The notes below the pieces were generated by a model. The model saw only the letters and a list, made by a program, of their open reading frames with translations, searched no databases and was not told the origin of the DNA. Below, piece after piece: positions 13,107-26,359 of a stretch of DNA of 64,000 nucleotides. Made by a program: the position numbers and the translations under genes. The stretch's first letter is position 1; each line of letters starts with the position of its first letter. This DNA comes from Octopus vulgaris (lineage: Eukaryota), in assembly GCA_951406725.2 (NCBI GenBank), contig OX597814.1:63984001-64048000 (forward strand), in the 5' to 3' direction.

Positions 13107-14804
13107 ATAATTGTTCGGCAAGAGGTGACTTTTTTATTACGATAAGTATTATCATACATAGAGGGGACAAAACCTGAAAATACAAATATATATATATATA
13201 TATATATATATTGGTGTCAAATCAGTGACAGAAAAAATATCCGAATAATTTGTTGATGACAATCCCACAGAAGAAGGAAAGGAAAAAATATAAATGAGTA
13301 TTAAAAAACAGAATTGACAGGAAAAAAAGTCCAAAGTGAAAATAGAAATAGTTGGAGTCGTATGTCTATTCGTATCATGACCGTAGTCAACTTAGTGATA
13401 GTATATTCATTGTCGGGGCAGTTATCGAACTAGTTCGAAAATGAAATTGTATGAATGGCAATCTGTTTCTTTTTCTCAACACTTTCGGAAGACGAAATAA
13501 CCTTAATTAGATCTCATCAACAAAGCATAACCTCCATTGTAATTGTTGAAGCAGAGATGAAAATTTCCCAATGTAAATGTGCAATATGTATAAGAGTGTT
13601 ATGCTATTTCAAAGAAGCTTATGTCTAGTTAGTCGGTCAGTGAGTCTGTCATTCTGGAAGTTATACTTTAATGAATAAGAATATTGAATATAAATATGGC
13701 AACATTTAATTAACTCAATAAAATCGTTACAAGCTGATAGTGACCGTTAAATTGTAATGAAATATAATTAGGTGGTGGTTAATATCTCAGACAAGCATGA
13801 GTATATAAAACAATTATCATGTACACAATCAAAGCATAATCAGTACATTCACTATTGCTCTCATCGAACAATGTCTGTGTAAGAAAATATTGATTATTAA
13901 TAACAAAAAGAATAAAAACAAATTATACTTTAATTTAGTTTTCTCTGCATTTTTCCGGTATCATGTTTCTCTCAGTATTTATTTGTTTATTTTTCTATTT
14001 TATGAAATGAGTTTTATATTTTGATCAATTTTCTAATAGATAGATGAACATTTTGATTTGGTATATCATCATCATCTAACGTCCATTTTCCATGTTGGCA
14101 TTGATTGAACGGTTTGGCAGAACATGATGGGCCATAGAGCTGCGTCAGGCTACAATGTTAACGTTGGGGTGGTTTCTACCGCAGGATGACCTTCCTAACG
14201 CCAACCAATTTATAGAGTGTACTGAGTGTTATTTCAGGACAACAGCTAAGGGAGGTCATCAAGTAGCTTGCATGACAAAGAAAAGAAAAGGAAAAGGCTG
14301 CCTAGATTGAGAGGGTGTGTATTCCAGAAATGAAGAGGTGGTTTAAGTCACGTCTTCATGGCTAAATTATGATAGGGCAGACACAAGTGTCTGGCTATAG
14401 AGGAGATGCATGGCTACCTCGCAGTATATGAAGATACGTGAGAGTAGCTGGAAAAAAGATAAATATAGCAGTGATGGATGCCAGAGCCCACTTTCAAGGT
14501 ACAAGAAAGTGAGTTTAAAGGAAACTGTAGGAAGTGTATCAGCGGGAGAGGCAAGGGTAGGTAATTCCATAATAGTGTAAGAGGAGACTGATACCTGGTA
14601 AGAGAGAGGAGTAAAGATGTGAGTAGTTACTGATAAACGGGTAGAAATATGGTTGATGTTAAATATCAGTATGAGACAGAAGTGTCTGATGAAGGAGGAG
14701 GTGATAAGTAGCTGCACAAGAGGTGTAGCGAACAAGAGGTGTTGACGCATTAACTAAAATGAGGCAGCAATTACATAAAAATAAACAAGGAATTGAAAGA
14801 AAAT

Positions 14805-15915
14805 GAATGTAACTGCATTGAGTGCAGTGAACATTCAGTCCAATGGACATTCAGTGAAATAAGCCGAGGTTGAAACAAACATTGAATGTGGTAAATACTG
14901 ACTGTAATGATGATTTAAAACAAGGAACACCGTAAGTAATGATCATTGATTGCAATGACCACTCAATGTAATGAACATTGAGAGAAATGAGGTTGAATGG
15001 AATATACATCTATTGCAATGATCAATGAAATCAACACTGGTAAAGGGTATCAAGTACAATGAATGTTGAATGGAATGAAAAGTGGCTGGATTGAACAGTG
15101 AACAAGACGAACGTCGAGCAAGGAACGTTCATTTCAATGAATATGAATAGTCATAAACAAGGATTGCAATGTAAATTAGTGGCCGGCAATCTTTATAGAA
15201 ATAAATATTATACATATTGAATGCAGAGGACTTCTCGAAGGAATTAGCAATGATAATATTGATAAATACAATATTATGAAACTTGTACAATCAAGGAATA
15301 TTGATTGAAATGAAGACTGCAATGAACCTTGAATGCTCTGAAGGCTAACTGCAATGGATGTGGGTAGCAATAATAGAAGTCAATGAACATGTGTTATAAT
15401 TAACATTTATTATTATGCTGATTGCAATAAACCATAACTCTTGTGATATTTGATTGTAGTGAACATTTAATGCAACGAGTATTGATATTAATGAATTTTG
15501 AAATGAATTAATATTGTTTGAAATAAAGACGAACCGTAATGTACATAGAATACTATGATCACTAATTACAGTAATCATCTATTACATTGAACATTGAAGT
15601 ATAAATGGATTGCAATGCATATTTGGCGAATCACTCATCGAACACAATGAACATTTGATAAACACTTTATGCGACGAATATTAAATGAAATAGAACATTG
15701 AATGCAATGAAAAATGATTTTATTGACACAATAGTGAACAATAAATTTAATGAAAATTAACTCTAATGAACAATCCAATAAAACGAAGATTGAATGTTAT
15801 GAACATCGAATATAATAAACATTTTATTGTTATAAATATTAAGTGAAATAAAAAATGAAGGTAATGAGCATTGGTTACAACGAACATTTGAACTCAAACA
15901 TTTGAATACAATAGG
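14805..15915. repeat. Degenerate minisatellite, about 16-bp unit GAACATTGAATGCAAT
   Basis: Recurrent variants are visible, e.g. GAACATTGAATGCAAT near 15693, GAACATTGAAGTAT near 15590 and AAACATTGAATGTGGT near 14877. Confidence 0.75.
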
Positions 15916-17292
15916 TACATTTTTGTTCTATTAATGAAATCATAAATTTGAGAGTATTTACTTTCAGTAGTGTTTTACAAAAGATAAAATATATCTACAG
16001 TAATTCAAAAACAGTAAGTAGCAGTCAAGATTTGGATTAAAGCTCGGTCACCATTCTTCTCATCACCATTTTCAGAAATTGACCATTACATAGTTACTGA
16101 ATGCATACACGCTCAGTTTTTGTATACTTTGAAAACTATCATATATAAGTTATATATCATTAGTATGTAAAGGGTTGGAATAGTGTATAAATTAGTATGT
16201 ATTTTGATATCTTAAAATTCTCATTGATATATTTCTGTACCTGATTTAAATAGCATTTTTACGTCTTCCAGTTAATCTCCAGTGTCTTGAAATTTGCATG
16301 TATAGCATGAGTTCTATATCGCAGTAATAGCTTCAATAGAACAAAACATCAAGAGCAGCAAATACAAAAATGAAGGGTCGATGTGGAAGCCTTCATATGG
16401 TTGCTTGATTTGTTAAAAATAGCGACCGAATCTTCCTCAAATAATCCCCGCAATTATCAAAAACGAAAGACACGGTATATAATCTAGTCGTACTTAAGTT
16501 ATGCCTGAGATGGATATAGTTGAAAAGACTTAGGGGCAGGTCTACTCGATAAAGTGTAATCTGGGACTAAACAGCAGAAACGAGAGATAGCAAAAAACAA
16601 CTACACCGCATCGATAACAACAGAAAGGAAGTTACCAAAACGTAGTAAAAAATATTAACAAAAGAAAAACAAAGAAAACACAGACAAAACGCTAGAATGA
16701 TTAAGGATGTTGATATCGATAAATAGAGAGAAAGTTTTGGAAAGTTAAAAGAGAAAACCCCAAGAAATGTAGATGAAAAAATCCATTTAACAGAGGTTGA
16801 CAAGATGTTTATTGTATAAATATTAAGAATACCACCTTTACACAGCGTATCTAGCCACATAGTCATACACATGGAGATGATGTAATAAATGCACAAGGCA
16901 CTGCAGTAGTAAAGTGCTACGGAGTAAAGTGTGAAACCAAAGCCCAACACTAGCAATGAAATTAACCCTACATTTCGATGAATTTAAAGCAAATAGACGA
17001 CCGACAAGATACATCACTACATATAATCAGTTTTGTAAGCACGCGTCAACTGATGAATGTAGTAATTTTACAAGTCTAGGGCGTGTATATAAAAATGCTC
17101 TCTCTATTAGTTTTGGATTTCCTTTATTCTGTCATCACTGACTTACATTTAGACAGATAATTTTTTTGCTATTTATTCTGATAGATTCTATGTCACTATA
17201 TATATGTATATATAGTAACTAGAATTACTATGAATGCGAATAAAAATCCAAATTGAGGGAGTGGAACGGGCAAAATCCAGGGTACACATTTA

Positions 17293-17448
<156 letters not shown>

Positions 17449-18002
17449 GTCATGTATACGCTAATATCGAACAAAGAGAGCGAATTCTCAACACCGCATT
17501 GCTAGATAAGTCGTCTTCAATTGTGGGTTAACAAGGTTGCCATTGGTTTCATGCAGATTTCACTATTCTTTGTTCGAGACTTTTCTGTAAAATATTAATA
17601 TCACTTTCACTTCAAGTCTGTCAAGCAAAACGTTGACACTCCTCTCTATCTTCGATGAGAATATACCAAGCTACATGACATTATGGGATTTTGAAATAAA
17701 TAAATTAATTAATAAACAAATAAATAAATATACAGGCCATGGGAAGTAACTTATAAGAGAAAGAAAAATCCTAATCATTGTCTCTCTTGCATTACCTCTG
17801 GATTCTTCCTGAAAAGCTATGTTCACCATGAATCAATTCCTTAATCATTTTATGTGATAACGCTCATCCACGCCCAAATTTATAAATATAAATACATACG
17901 AATGTGCGCATGCATATCCATACAAAATACGTGCATACATATTCGCTCACTAACACACAAACAAATATACATACATACATATACATAAACATATATATAT
18001 AT

Positions 18003-18248
18003 ATTCTTTTACCTGTTTTAGTCATTTTGACTGTGGCCATGGTGGATCACGGCCTTTTAGTCGAAGAATTCGATCCACGGACTTATTCTTTGTAAGCCTG
18101 GTACTTAATCTATCGATCTCTTCTGCCGATCCGCAAAGTTACGGGGGATGTAAACACACCAACATCGGTTTTCAAGTGATGGTGATGGGGGAGGACAAAC
18201 AATCACAAATACGCACATATATATAATACATATATATATATGTATGTA

Positions 18249-18326
<78 letters not shown>

Positions 18327-18449
18327 TGTATGTATGTATGTATGCATATATACGATGGGTTTTTTTCAGTTTGCGTCTACCAAATCTACTTATAAAGTTT
18401 TGGACTGCCTGAGCTGCCACAAAGTGGGAGTGAACCTAGAATCCTGCGC

Positions 18450-18450
<1 letters not shown>
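18003..18450 (-). mobile_element. tRNA-derived SINE family A (degenerate) with internal microsatellite
   Basis: Reverse complement of the GGCGCAGGA...GACTGAAACAAGTAAAAGA family seen at 42631. Confidence 0.75.
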
Positions 18451-18513
<63 letters not shown>

Positions 18514-18520
18514 TTATTTA

Positions 18521-18617
<97 letters not shown>

Positions 18618-18634
18618 AGATATATATTATTATT

Positions 18635-19048
18635 ATTATGGTTGCCCCCTCGTTATCGAGTATGGCCATTGCACGAAGCTTAACTGTTATTGGTGCTGTC
18701 GTCGAATGTGACTTTTTAGCCCAGCTAAAGATCTACAATATCTTGTACAAAATTGGCAACTAAAACCTTTACTGGTAATAGCCGGCTGTAGTTGTAACTG
18801 CTGTAGTTGTAACTGCTGTAGTTGTAACTGCCGAATTATACTCTCTTCCACATGCCCGACAGATATAATTAGTATGGTGTGTTACACCACCACCAGTGGC
18901 CAGGTTGTCACTCATCTGTCTCGTTTTATGACTACGAAGATGACTCATGAGTCCAGCTTTAGTGAGGCAGGGTCTTGCACAGACATTGCATATCAGAATC
19001 AAAGGAAGACCCTTCCCTTCTGGAAGTGTAACAGCGATGCCCTTCCTA
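18635..19048 (-). mobile_element. RTE-clade LINE 3' fragment with C2H2-like knuckle and 3' tail
   Basis: It encodes CNVCARPCLTKAGLMSHLRSH. The tail TTCGTGCAATGGCCATACTCGATAACGAGGGGGCAACCAT is shared with 37525-37565 and 62630-62672. An internal 15-bp unit GCTGTAGTTGTAACT is repeated three times. Confidence 0.7.
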
Positions 19049-19824
19049 TACATACATGCATACATACTTATATATACACAAACACCTGCGTCATCAGTTT
19101 TGTTCATGCTTGTGTAAATACACATTTTGTGGCGTTACGAATATACTGATGTTAATTTTCGTCTATGCAGTTGTTAGGTTATATAGCTGTTAATTCATAA
19201 GTTTGTGCTTGCGTGTATTTTGTGACACATGTAACGCCATGCATATGTGCAATACACATACATCTGTGTAATGAGGGGCATGTGTCTTTTATGCATATTG
19301 TTCATATGACGCATAGAAATGATGTCCTGGGAAAAAAAACTTATCCATGTTGGATGGGTGGCAAAGTGGGTGGAAGGACATACTTGAAATTTCGAAGTAT
19401 GCATTCGTTGCTTGTGTATGCAGGGGCGAAGGTTTCCTCTTTAATGTTTAAAACGGTCACTTATGTTATGGTATTTAGTTTTTCAGTAATAAACAAGTCT
19501 GATTTGCTACCCCATCCACTGCATTTACTGAGCTTACCTGTAATGTGTCACCTTATATAGGGGTTGCTCACACCTCACTCTTTGTCCGTACTATATTGGG
19601 CAAAAGATCTTCAATAGAAATTAGGTTTAAGTTAATTATAGCTGCTTCTCAAACTTAGGGTCAATTATTTTCAACCAGAATAAAAAATAACAGCATTAAA
19701 GAACATCTCACAAACATCCTGTAATTCTAGATCGAGTACCAACGCCTCATTGTGGTAGGCTTCATAATTGTTCTCTTGGGATGAAACAAATGATTGTCTT
19801 GTTAACCCCAAAATAAAGTGCCTA

Positions 19825-19929
<105 letters not shown>

Positions 19930-19947
19930 ATATATATATATAGATAG

Positions 19948-19978
<31 letters not shown>

Positions 19979-21232
19979 ACACAAACACATATACACACGC
20001 ACACACACATATATTTGGGGCAAGAGTAATTTTCTTTTCTAATGCTTTTGCTTTCACCCGCGCTTACTCAATCAAATTTTTACGATTTTCTTAGTGTAAT
20101 ACATCTTATTTTAGGGATTACATGCCTTGCTTGGTTTAGCTGCGTATCTCGATTTATAATATGCAATATATCTCCTAAGTTTCATTGCACTGGTTCGGTG
20201 TATAGAATCCCTATCGATTAAATAAACTATATCGGTGGTTGCAATCTATGATAGGTGTATCATTAATGACAAGGTGGGTTTTTTGTGGAAAAATCTTTTT
20301 GGAATATCATGTTATAAGAAAAATCGTATTCATAAGCATTTGACTAAAATTCACAGAAACGTAGGAATTTCCGACACACCAAGCTTAAATTAGCCATCCC
20401 TGGATCATTCCAATTTCTACAAGAAATCTTGAAAGCAGTTTTCAATTGAGAATTCCAATTTTATAAAATGTTATAAAGTTGTAATGATGTTACAATATGG
20501 AAAGGTTAGAATTTTTATACTAGCATTAAACGAATGTGTATTTATTTAGGAAGTGCAAAAAAAGAAACCCGTATTTTCGGTTTTTTTTAGTTTCTATAAT
20601 TAATGATGTCTAAGAGAGAAAGAAGGCTACAGGATTATTTTTAGGAAGTTGAATTAATACAAAGTTAGCAGTGAGGAAGACAACCACATTAATGTTTCAA
20701 ACTGTTATCACTTTTGTCGAAGAGTGATCTTTTCTGTTAACGAATAGCAAATTCTATTGCAAAGATAGGTTTCTTCTTTTTAAATTCAGAAATATTTTAT
20801 ATCTATATTTTATGTAATTTCTATAGATTTCTTTTATTCCTTCAAAGCTACAACTTTGTAGGTCAGTACACGTCCCATACATCTTTCATGAACCCATAAA
20901 TGACAAAACACAATATTGATATCATATTAAGATACTGCAAGGTATTTTGTCAAATAATCTAGCGGTTCTTTGGCGCCACTGTTAATTGTTATGTTAACTG
21001 TCTTGGCATCCTCTATATTGCTCAGTTGATATTGTGGTAAGTTGTAGTAAAACTGATTCTGGTGACAGATAACGTGATGAACGAAATTACACGTACAAAA
21101 GGTACGACAATCTGCAATTGTTTCTTTCTGAAAATCATAATCCAATTTTTATCCTTAATTACACTTCTTAAATTACACTTCTTAAGTATTATTGGGTGGG
21201 ATACACACCCACACATACACACGTACACACAA

Positions 21233-21292
<60 letters not shown>

Positions 21293-23042
21293 TACACATA
21301 CATACGCATGCACACATACACAACATATTACACAAACATATATATGAGTGTGAGTGTATCTCTGTCTGGATGTTTGCGTTGTGCTAGCGCGCATGTGCAC
21401 GTTTATATGTGCATAAAGTAAAAAGACAAGCTAAACTAATGAAATATTATGAGAAGGTAGGATGGTAATACAGAAGGGATAAAGAGATCAATAAAGAGGT
21501 TAATCGTTGCCGGAAGATTGCGAAGCATAACTGACGAGTTACTACGTCAATGACAACGTTTAAGCTATCAGTGCTGGTGGTCTTTGTACAGCCTCTTCCA
21601 AATATCTTTAATATAAAAACGAACGAAAGAGGGTGGAGGGAATGCGAGATATTAAACTCATTACAATTATTGCTATTATCACATACAACTGCTGTAACAC
21701 AAGCTGCATTATTTGAAATAAATTGACTCCAGTTTATGCTTTGTTGAGTATGTTCACGTACTGTCATTATTTCCTATGCTGATAAAGGCATGAATGTATC
21801 GTGATCGCATTCATTTGCATTTCGTACAAGCGTGTGTTTGTGCTTGCAATTAACAATATTTCATGTCACATTTCCCAATCCGAAAGAATAGTGCAATATT
21901 GAAGTTATAACCTGCTAGCTATATTAGACAAGGCCGATAAATTTTTGAGACAAACTGCACCCAAGAGCACGTTATCTAATTTGGCATTTATATCTAAGAC
22001 GGTAGGATGTAGCCTAAAAGAGTTTCCGTTGCTCTTTAAAAAATGTTAAATACTGCACACAGAGATACTGTCATTGACACGCTAAGTTTTGTGATTCAGA
22101 TGAAGATGGAGGAGTTCGAAGTTAACAATAGAAGATTTTTAAAAAACCCTGAGAAAGGCAGTACGTAATATCTGCCTTCGTTTAGGTGAGGCGTTTTAGA
22201 GATCAATTAACAATGAGATAGCAATTTGACAGGAAACGAATAAAGAATAGATTAACACATTTTTTTTAAATGACAGTTTTTAAATAATCATTTATTAACG
22301 GAGACTCGACCCGTAAATATTTAGATATTTTATTAAACTTGTGTGTTATAAGGTTTTCACTGTTATTGTTTAGCTCCAGATAAGATATGATCCAGTGCAG
22401 AAAAACTATGATGCCAGTATTACAGGATTGATTACCCTGTCATTTTTTTTTGTCTTTCTGACATTTATCAAGGACTACATTGATCGATGTACTCTGCATT
22501 AAGAGAAAGCGATTTGATTTCTATTTCTAATCGTAGCAATCATGTATCGATTCTCATGCTTCTTTATATAACATTCCAAGAATTACTGCCTTATTTCTGC
22601 CAATGTTGTTGGCTTTGTTGCTGTGGTGGTGTTATTGGTTGTGATTGCGGGGAGATGGCCATGTACTGAACGATCAAAATTTTTATTTTCTCATTTAATA
22701 CTATATTAATTCCATTCACTTCTGGGGTTTCATATGTGCACCTGCTTGTCTTTCACCTCTCGTCCCCATCCTCGCTCCCTATATATAAGCATACATACAT
22801 ATAATGTGTACATACATATATGTGTACATACATATATAAATATATGAGTGTATAACTGTGTGGGTCCATGGTTCATTTATTTCATCGATTAAGTAATGCT
22901 GAAAAGTCGAGGTCAACTTAGATTTTATCATGCTCGGGTTGGAAGTCAATAGAAGCAAATAACACCCAAGTACTAGGTTGATTGAATCGACAAACGTACT
23001 CCTCTAAATTTCGAGGTTTGCACTAATAAACGAAGCAGTTAT

Positions 23043-23452
23043 TACGCCTCACCAAACTGGAGCGCATGCTTTTTCGTTTTCTGTAGAAGGGGAGCGTTCC
23101 TTGGTCAGGTGCTTCATATGTTGTGAACATCCATTGAATGGAGAACTGGTGATACTGTGGCTGATGTTGTACAAACATGCACTGAGTTTAGGACATCTTC
23201 AGCGCTTCTTTGGCGATGATAAGGTGTAGTCATCGCTTTTCAGATTCATTCATCCGCAGCTCGTCTCTTTGACTGAGCTAAAGTTCTGGAACAAGCACAG
23301 ACCGAAGCAAGGCACCTGGCACACAGAGTGCCATCAGATGCTCACAGGTTTCTATCAGTCGGACACTCTGGCGTTCTATAGATGGTTAGTGGCGGGAAAA
23401 TGCGACGATATTCTCGGAGAGACACTGGGCGTCGGTGGGAATCAACCCTCCT
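23043..23452 (+). mobile_element. Tx1/L1-like LINE fragment (same family as 53588-54895)
   Basis: TTAGTGGCGGGAAAATGCGACGATATTCTCGGAGAGACACTGGGCGTC matches 53983-54031. Confidence 0.65.
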
Positions 23453-24083
23453 AAGTATCCTAGCTGTCCCTAATAACACTGTTTTCTGAAGCTCTACTAA
23501 ATTGGGTTTTATGCATATTTCCTCTGTTTATCTGTTCAGATATCTAGGGATAGTTCGCAAAGCACCTATAACTAGTGGGATACATTTTATCTGCACTTTC
23601 CATAGTCTACCTAATTCAATAGCTAGATCCTGGTACTTTGCTATTTCTTCTATAATTCTCATATGATTTTTTTCATCATTTGGGACTGTAAAGTCAATTA
23701 TCTGGCACTTTCTAATCTCTTTATCTACTACTACGAAATCAAGCCTTCTAGCTTCTATTACTCTGTCAGTATGAATATTAAACTTCTCACAACATCTTGT
23801 ACTTCTTACTTTCTGGTGATTTGCTAGGTTCATGCCCACACCATTTATCAGCATGTTCAAATCCTAGTTTTCTACAAAGCTCTCAGTGGATTGCTCTCCC
23901 TAGATTGTCATGCTACATTCACTTACTACATGAGTAACGCTTCCCTTTTTTCATTTGCATAATCTACATTAGGAATCTACTTGGTTTTTGTCTATTTTGG
24001 CTTTTATTCAATTAGTCCTTAATGCTTGATCTACCTCTTCAGCTTTCCCTTCTGCAGTCATAACCATATCCCTTATTTCTTAA
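23453..24083 (-). mobile_element. R4/Dong LINE endonuclease fragment
   Basis: It encodes IHTDRVIEARRLDFVVVDKEIRKCQIIDFTVP...KYQDLAIEL and is bounded by (ATC/ATT)n. Confidence 0.8.
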
Positions 24084-24106
24084 CATCATCATCATCATCA
24101 TCATCA

Positions 24107-24165
<59 letters not shown>

Positions 24166-24167
24166 AT

Positions 24168-24455
24168 TGAGTGAGAGAGTAGTATTCAAACCTTACAGAA
24201 TTCGTCTCAATACATGGTTATGATGCTCCCTCACTACTTCTGCTCGTGATCAGAGATGCACATATCGTCAACCACAAAAGGGCATTCACAAGTTGTTAAA
24301 ATCAAGCAACTGACAATAAACCTATGATATTGAGCATAATATTTGCTGTAGGACATCTTTTATGCCAAGATAACACATGTACATAATAACATTTCCAATC
24401 ATTGAAGATCAGAAGCCACGGGAGCCTGTGCCTGGTATTGCATCAAGGTATTTAT
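24168..24455 (-). repeat. Unclassified interspersed repeat (second copy at 39590-39825, + strand)
   Basis: ATAAATACCTTGATGCAATACCAGGCA...GGCTTCTGATCTT...GATTGGAAATGTTA matches the + strand copy at 39610-39720. Confidence 0.65.
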
Positions 24456-24589
24456 CGTTGTTTTTGTTGTTTTACTTTTCAGAACGTTCGGTCGTGTTTG
24501 TTCTGGTAGATTCTGTGAGAGCAGAACAGATAGCAGCCTGATCTCAGTAGGTATCACAGGGTCATTTCCACACATTATAAGCTTTGATA

Positions 24590-26058
24590 CTTGACCGTTA
24601 ATTATCATGGCAGACATTCAACATCCAAGTTCCAATCCTCGAAATCCTAGATGCGGAGCAGATTTTGGGGTTTGCTCTGCTCTCATGTCGATTCGGATTT
24701 CTTTGACATATTTCTCGAACTTGATTGTTAGTGCTCCGAGTGCCCCGGCAACTACTGGAATGACAGGTACTTACCTCATAGACCACATCTTTACAATTAC
24801 GTCTTTGACTAGTTTGTATTTTTCAATCTTTTCTAGTTCTTTGTTACTTATGCGTGCATCTGCAAGTATTACAGTATCTATGATCTTAGTCTCTTTTTCC
24901 CTTTATCTACCACAACAATATCTGGTCTCCGAGCTTCGATTAGCGAGTTACATTGGATTGTAAAATCCCACAGTATCTTATGTTCCTTGTTCTCGGTGAT
25001 TCCCTCTGGTTCATGTTCGTACCATTTCCGTGCTCTGTTCAAACCGTACTTTCCACATAGCCTCAGTGGACGAATTTAGCCACATTATCATGCCTCCTTT
25101 TGTTGTGCTTTTGGGTCAGCTTGCTACACTCACTCAAAATATGTGAGGTTGTTTCAGTTTTGTTCCCACACATCCTACTAAAAGGCGATTCGTTGCTCTT
25201 AATAACTTGGTGTAATTAGTTCTCAGGGCTTGTTTTTGGCGCTGCATATCAATGCTTCAGTGCATCCTTTCAGATCACTTTTTCTTAACCATCTCTAAGC
25301 GTTGGCCTTGTCTTTGCTTTCGATTTCTCTGAGGTATTATTTCATTCAGGCAGTGATTTCATTTTCCAGTTGATTATTGTTTCTTCATCTTGTTTCTTAA
25401 ATGTTTGTGGGTGCATCACATTTTGGTTAGGCATCATATTGCTAATACTAACAGTGGCAAGCAAGGATTCCCTCTGCTGTTTGATATACTATCCCAGACT
25501 CTTGCTCTTGTTGGCAACACAGATCTTGCATCCTATAAGATCTCTTCCACCCCTGTTTCTTGGCACATACTGTCTGTCAGTATCGCTTTTTGGGTGTAGT
25601 TCCTTGTTAATTATCATCTCTTTTCTAGTTTTCCTGTTCATTTCCTCAAGCACGTTCTTTATCCACCTAACAACACCTGCGCCATATCGCATTAAGGAAA
25701 CAGCCCATTTTGTTTTTTCCATTGAGCCTACTTCCCATAATTAACTTGGTTCTACCGAGAAATTCTCACCTAAAACTTTCCTTGATTTTGTCGTATTCTA
25801 AATTCCCCAGATATTTAAATCCATTAGACTCAGTATCCTTGGTTTTCTCGCCGTTGGGTTGCTACACCATCAGATTACACTAATTTGCCTTTTATTTATT
25901 TATTCATTTATTTTGTTATAAGCATATCACACTTTTTAGTTCCAGATTCCATTCCGATATCCTTACTGAATATCTGCACTGTAAAAGTAGGACCTTAATT
26001 TCACGTTCGGTTTTTCCAAAGATCATTAAATTATCCATATATAATAGATGATTTACTA
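24590..26058 (-). mobile_element. Degenerate R4/Dong LINE (RT C-terminus to endonuclease)
   Basis: It encodes HLLYMDNL, WAVSLMRYGAGV, ELHPKSDTDRQYVPRNRGGR and EKIEKYKLVK. Confidence 0.82.
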
Positions 26059-26160
26059 TTCATCCACTTTCCAAGGTGTACCACATTCCGTAGTATCTGT
26101 GTGAGGGGTATCATACAAATTACAAACAGCAATTATTATTATTATTAATTTTATTATTAA

Positions 26161-26239
<79 letters not shown>

Positions 26240-26359
26240 ATTATTATTATTATCATCATCATCATCATCATCATTATTATTATCATTATTATTATTATTA
26301 TTTTTGTTATTATTATTATTATTGTTGTTGTTGTTATTATCATTATTATTATTATCATT

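Noticed and set aside
14367-14800. Possible retroelement remnant on the minus strand
   Set aside because: No diagnostic motif was recognised.
21521-21562. CTGACGAG with a possible short stem
   Set aside because: It is followed by GTTT rather than GAAA.
24430-24443. CCTGGTATTGCA matching a short stretch of U2 snRNA
   Set aside because: The match is only about 12 nt, and the flanks do not match U2.
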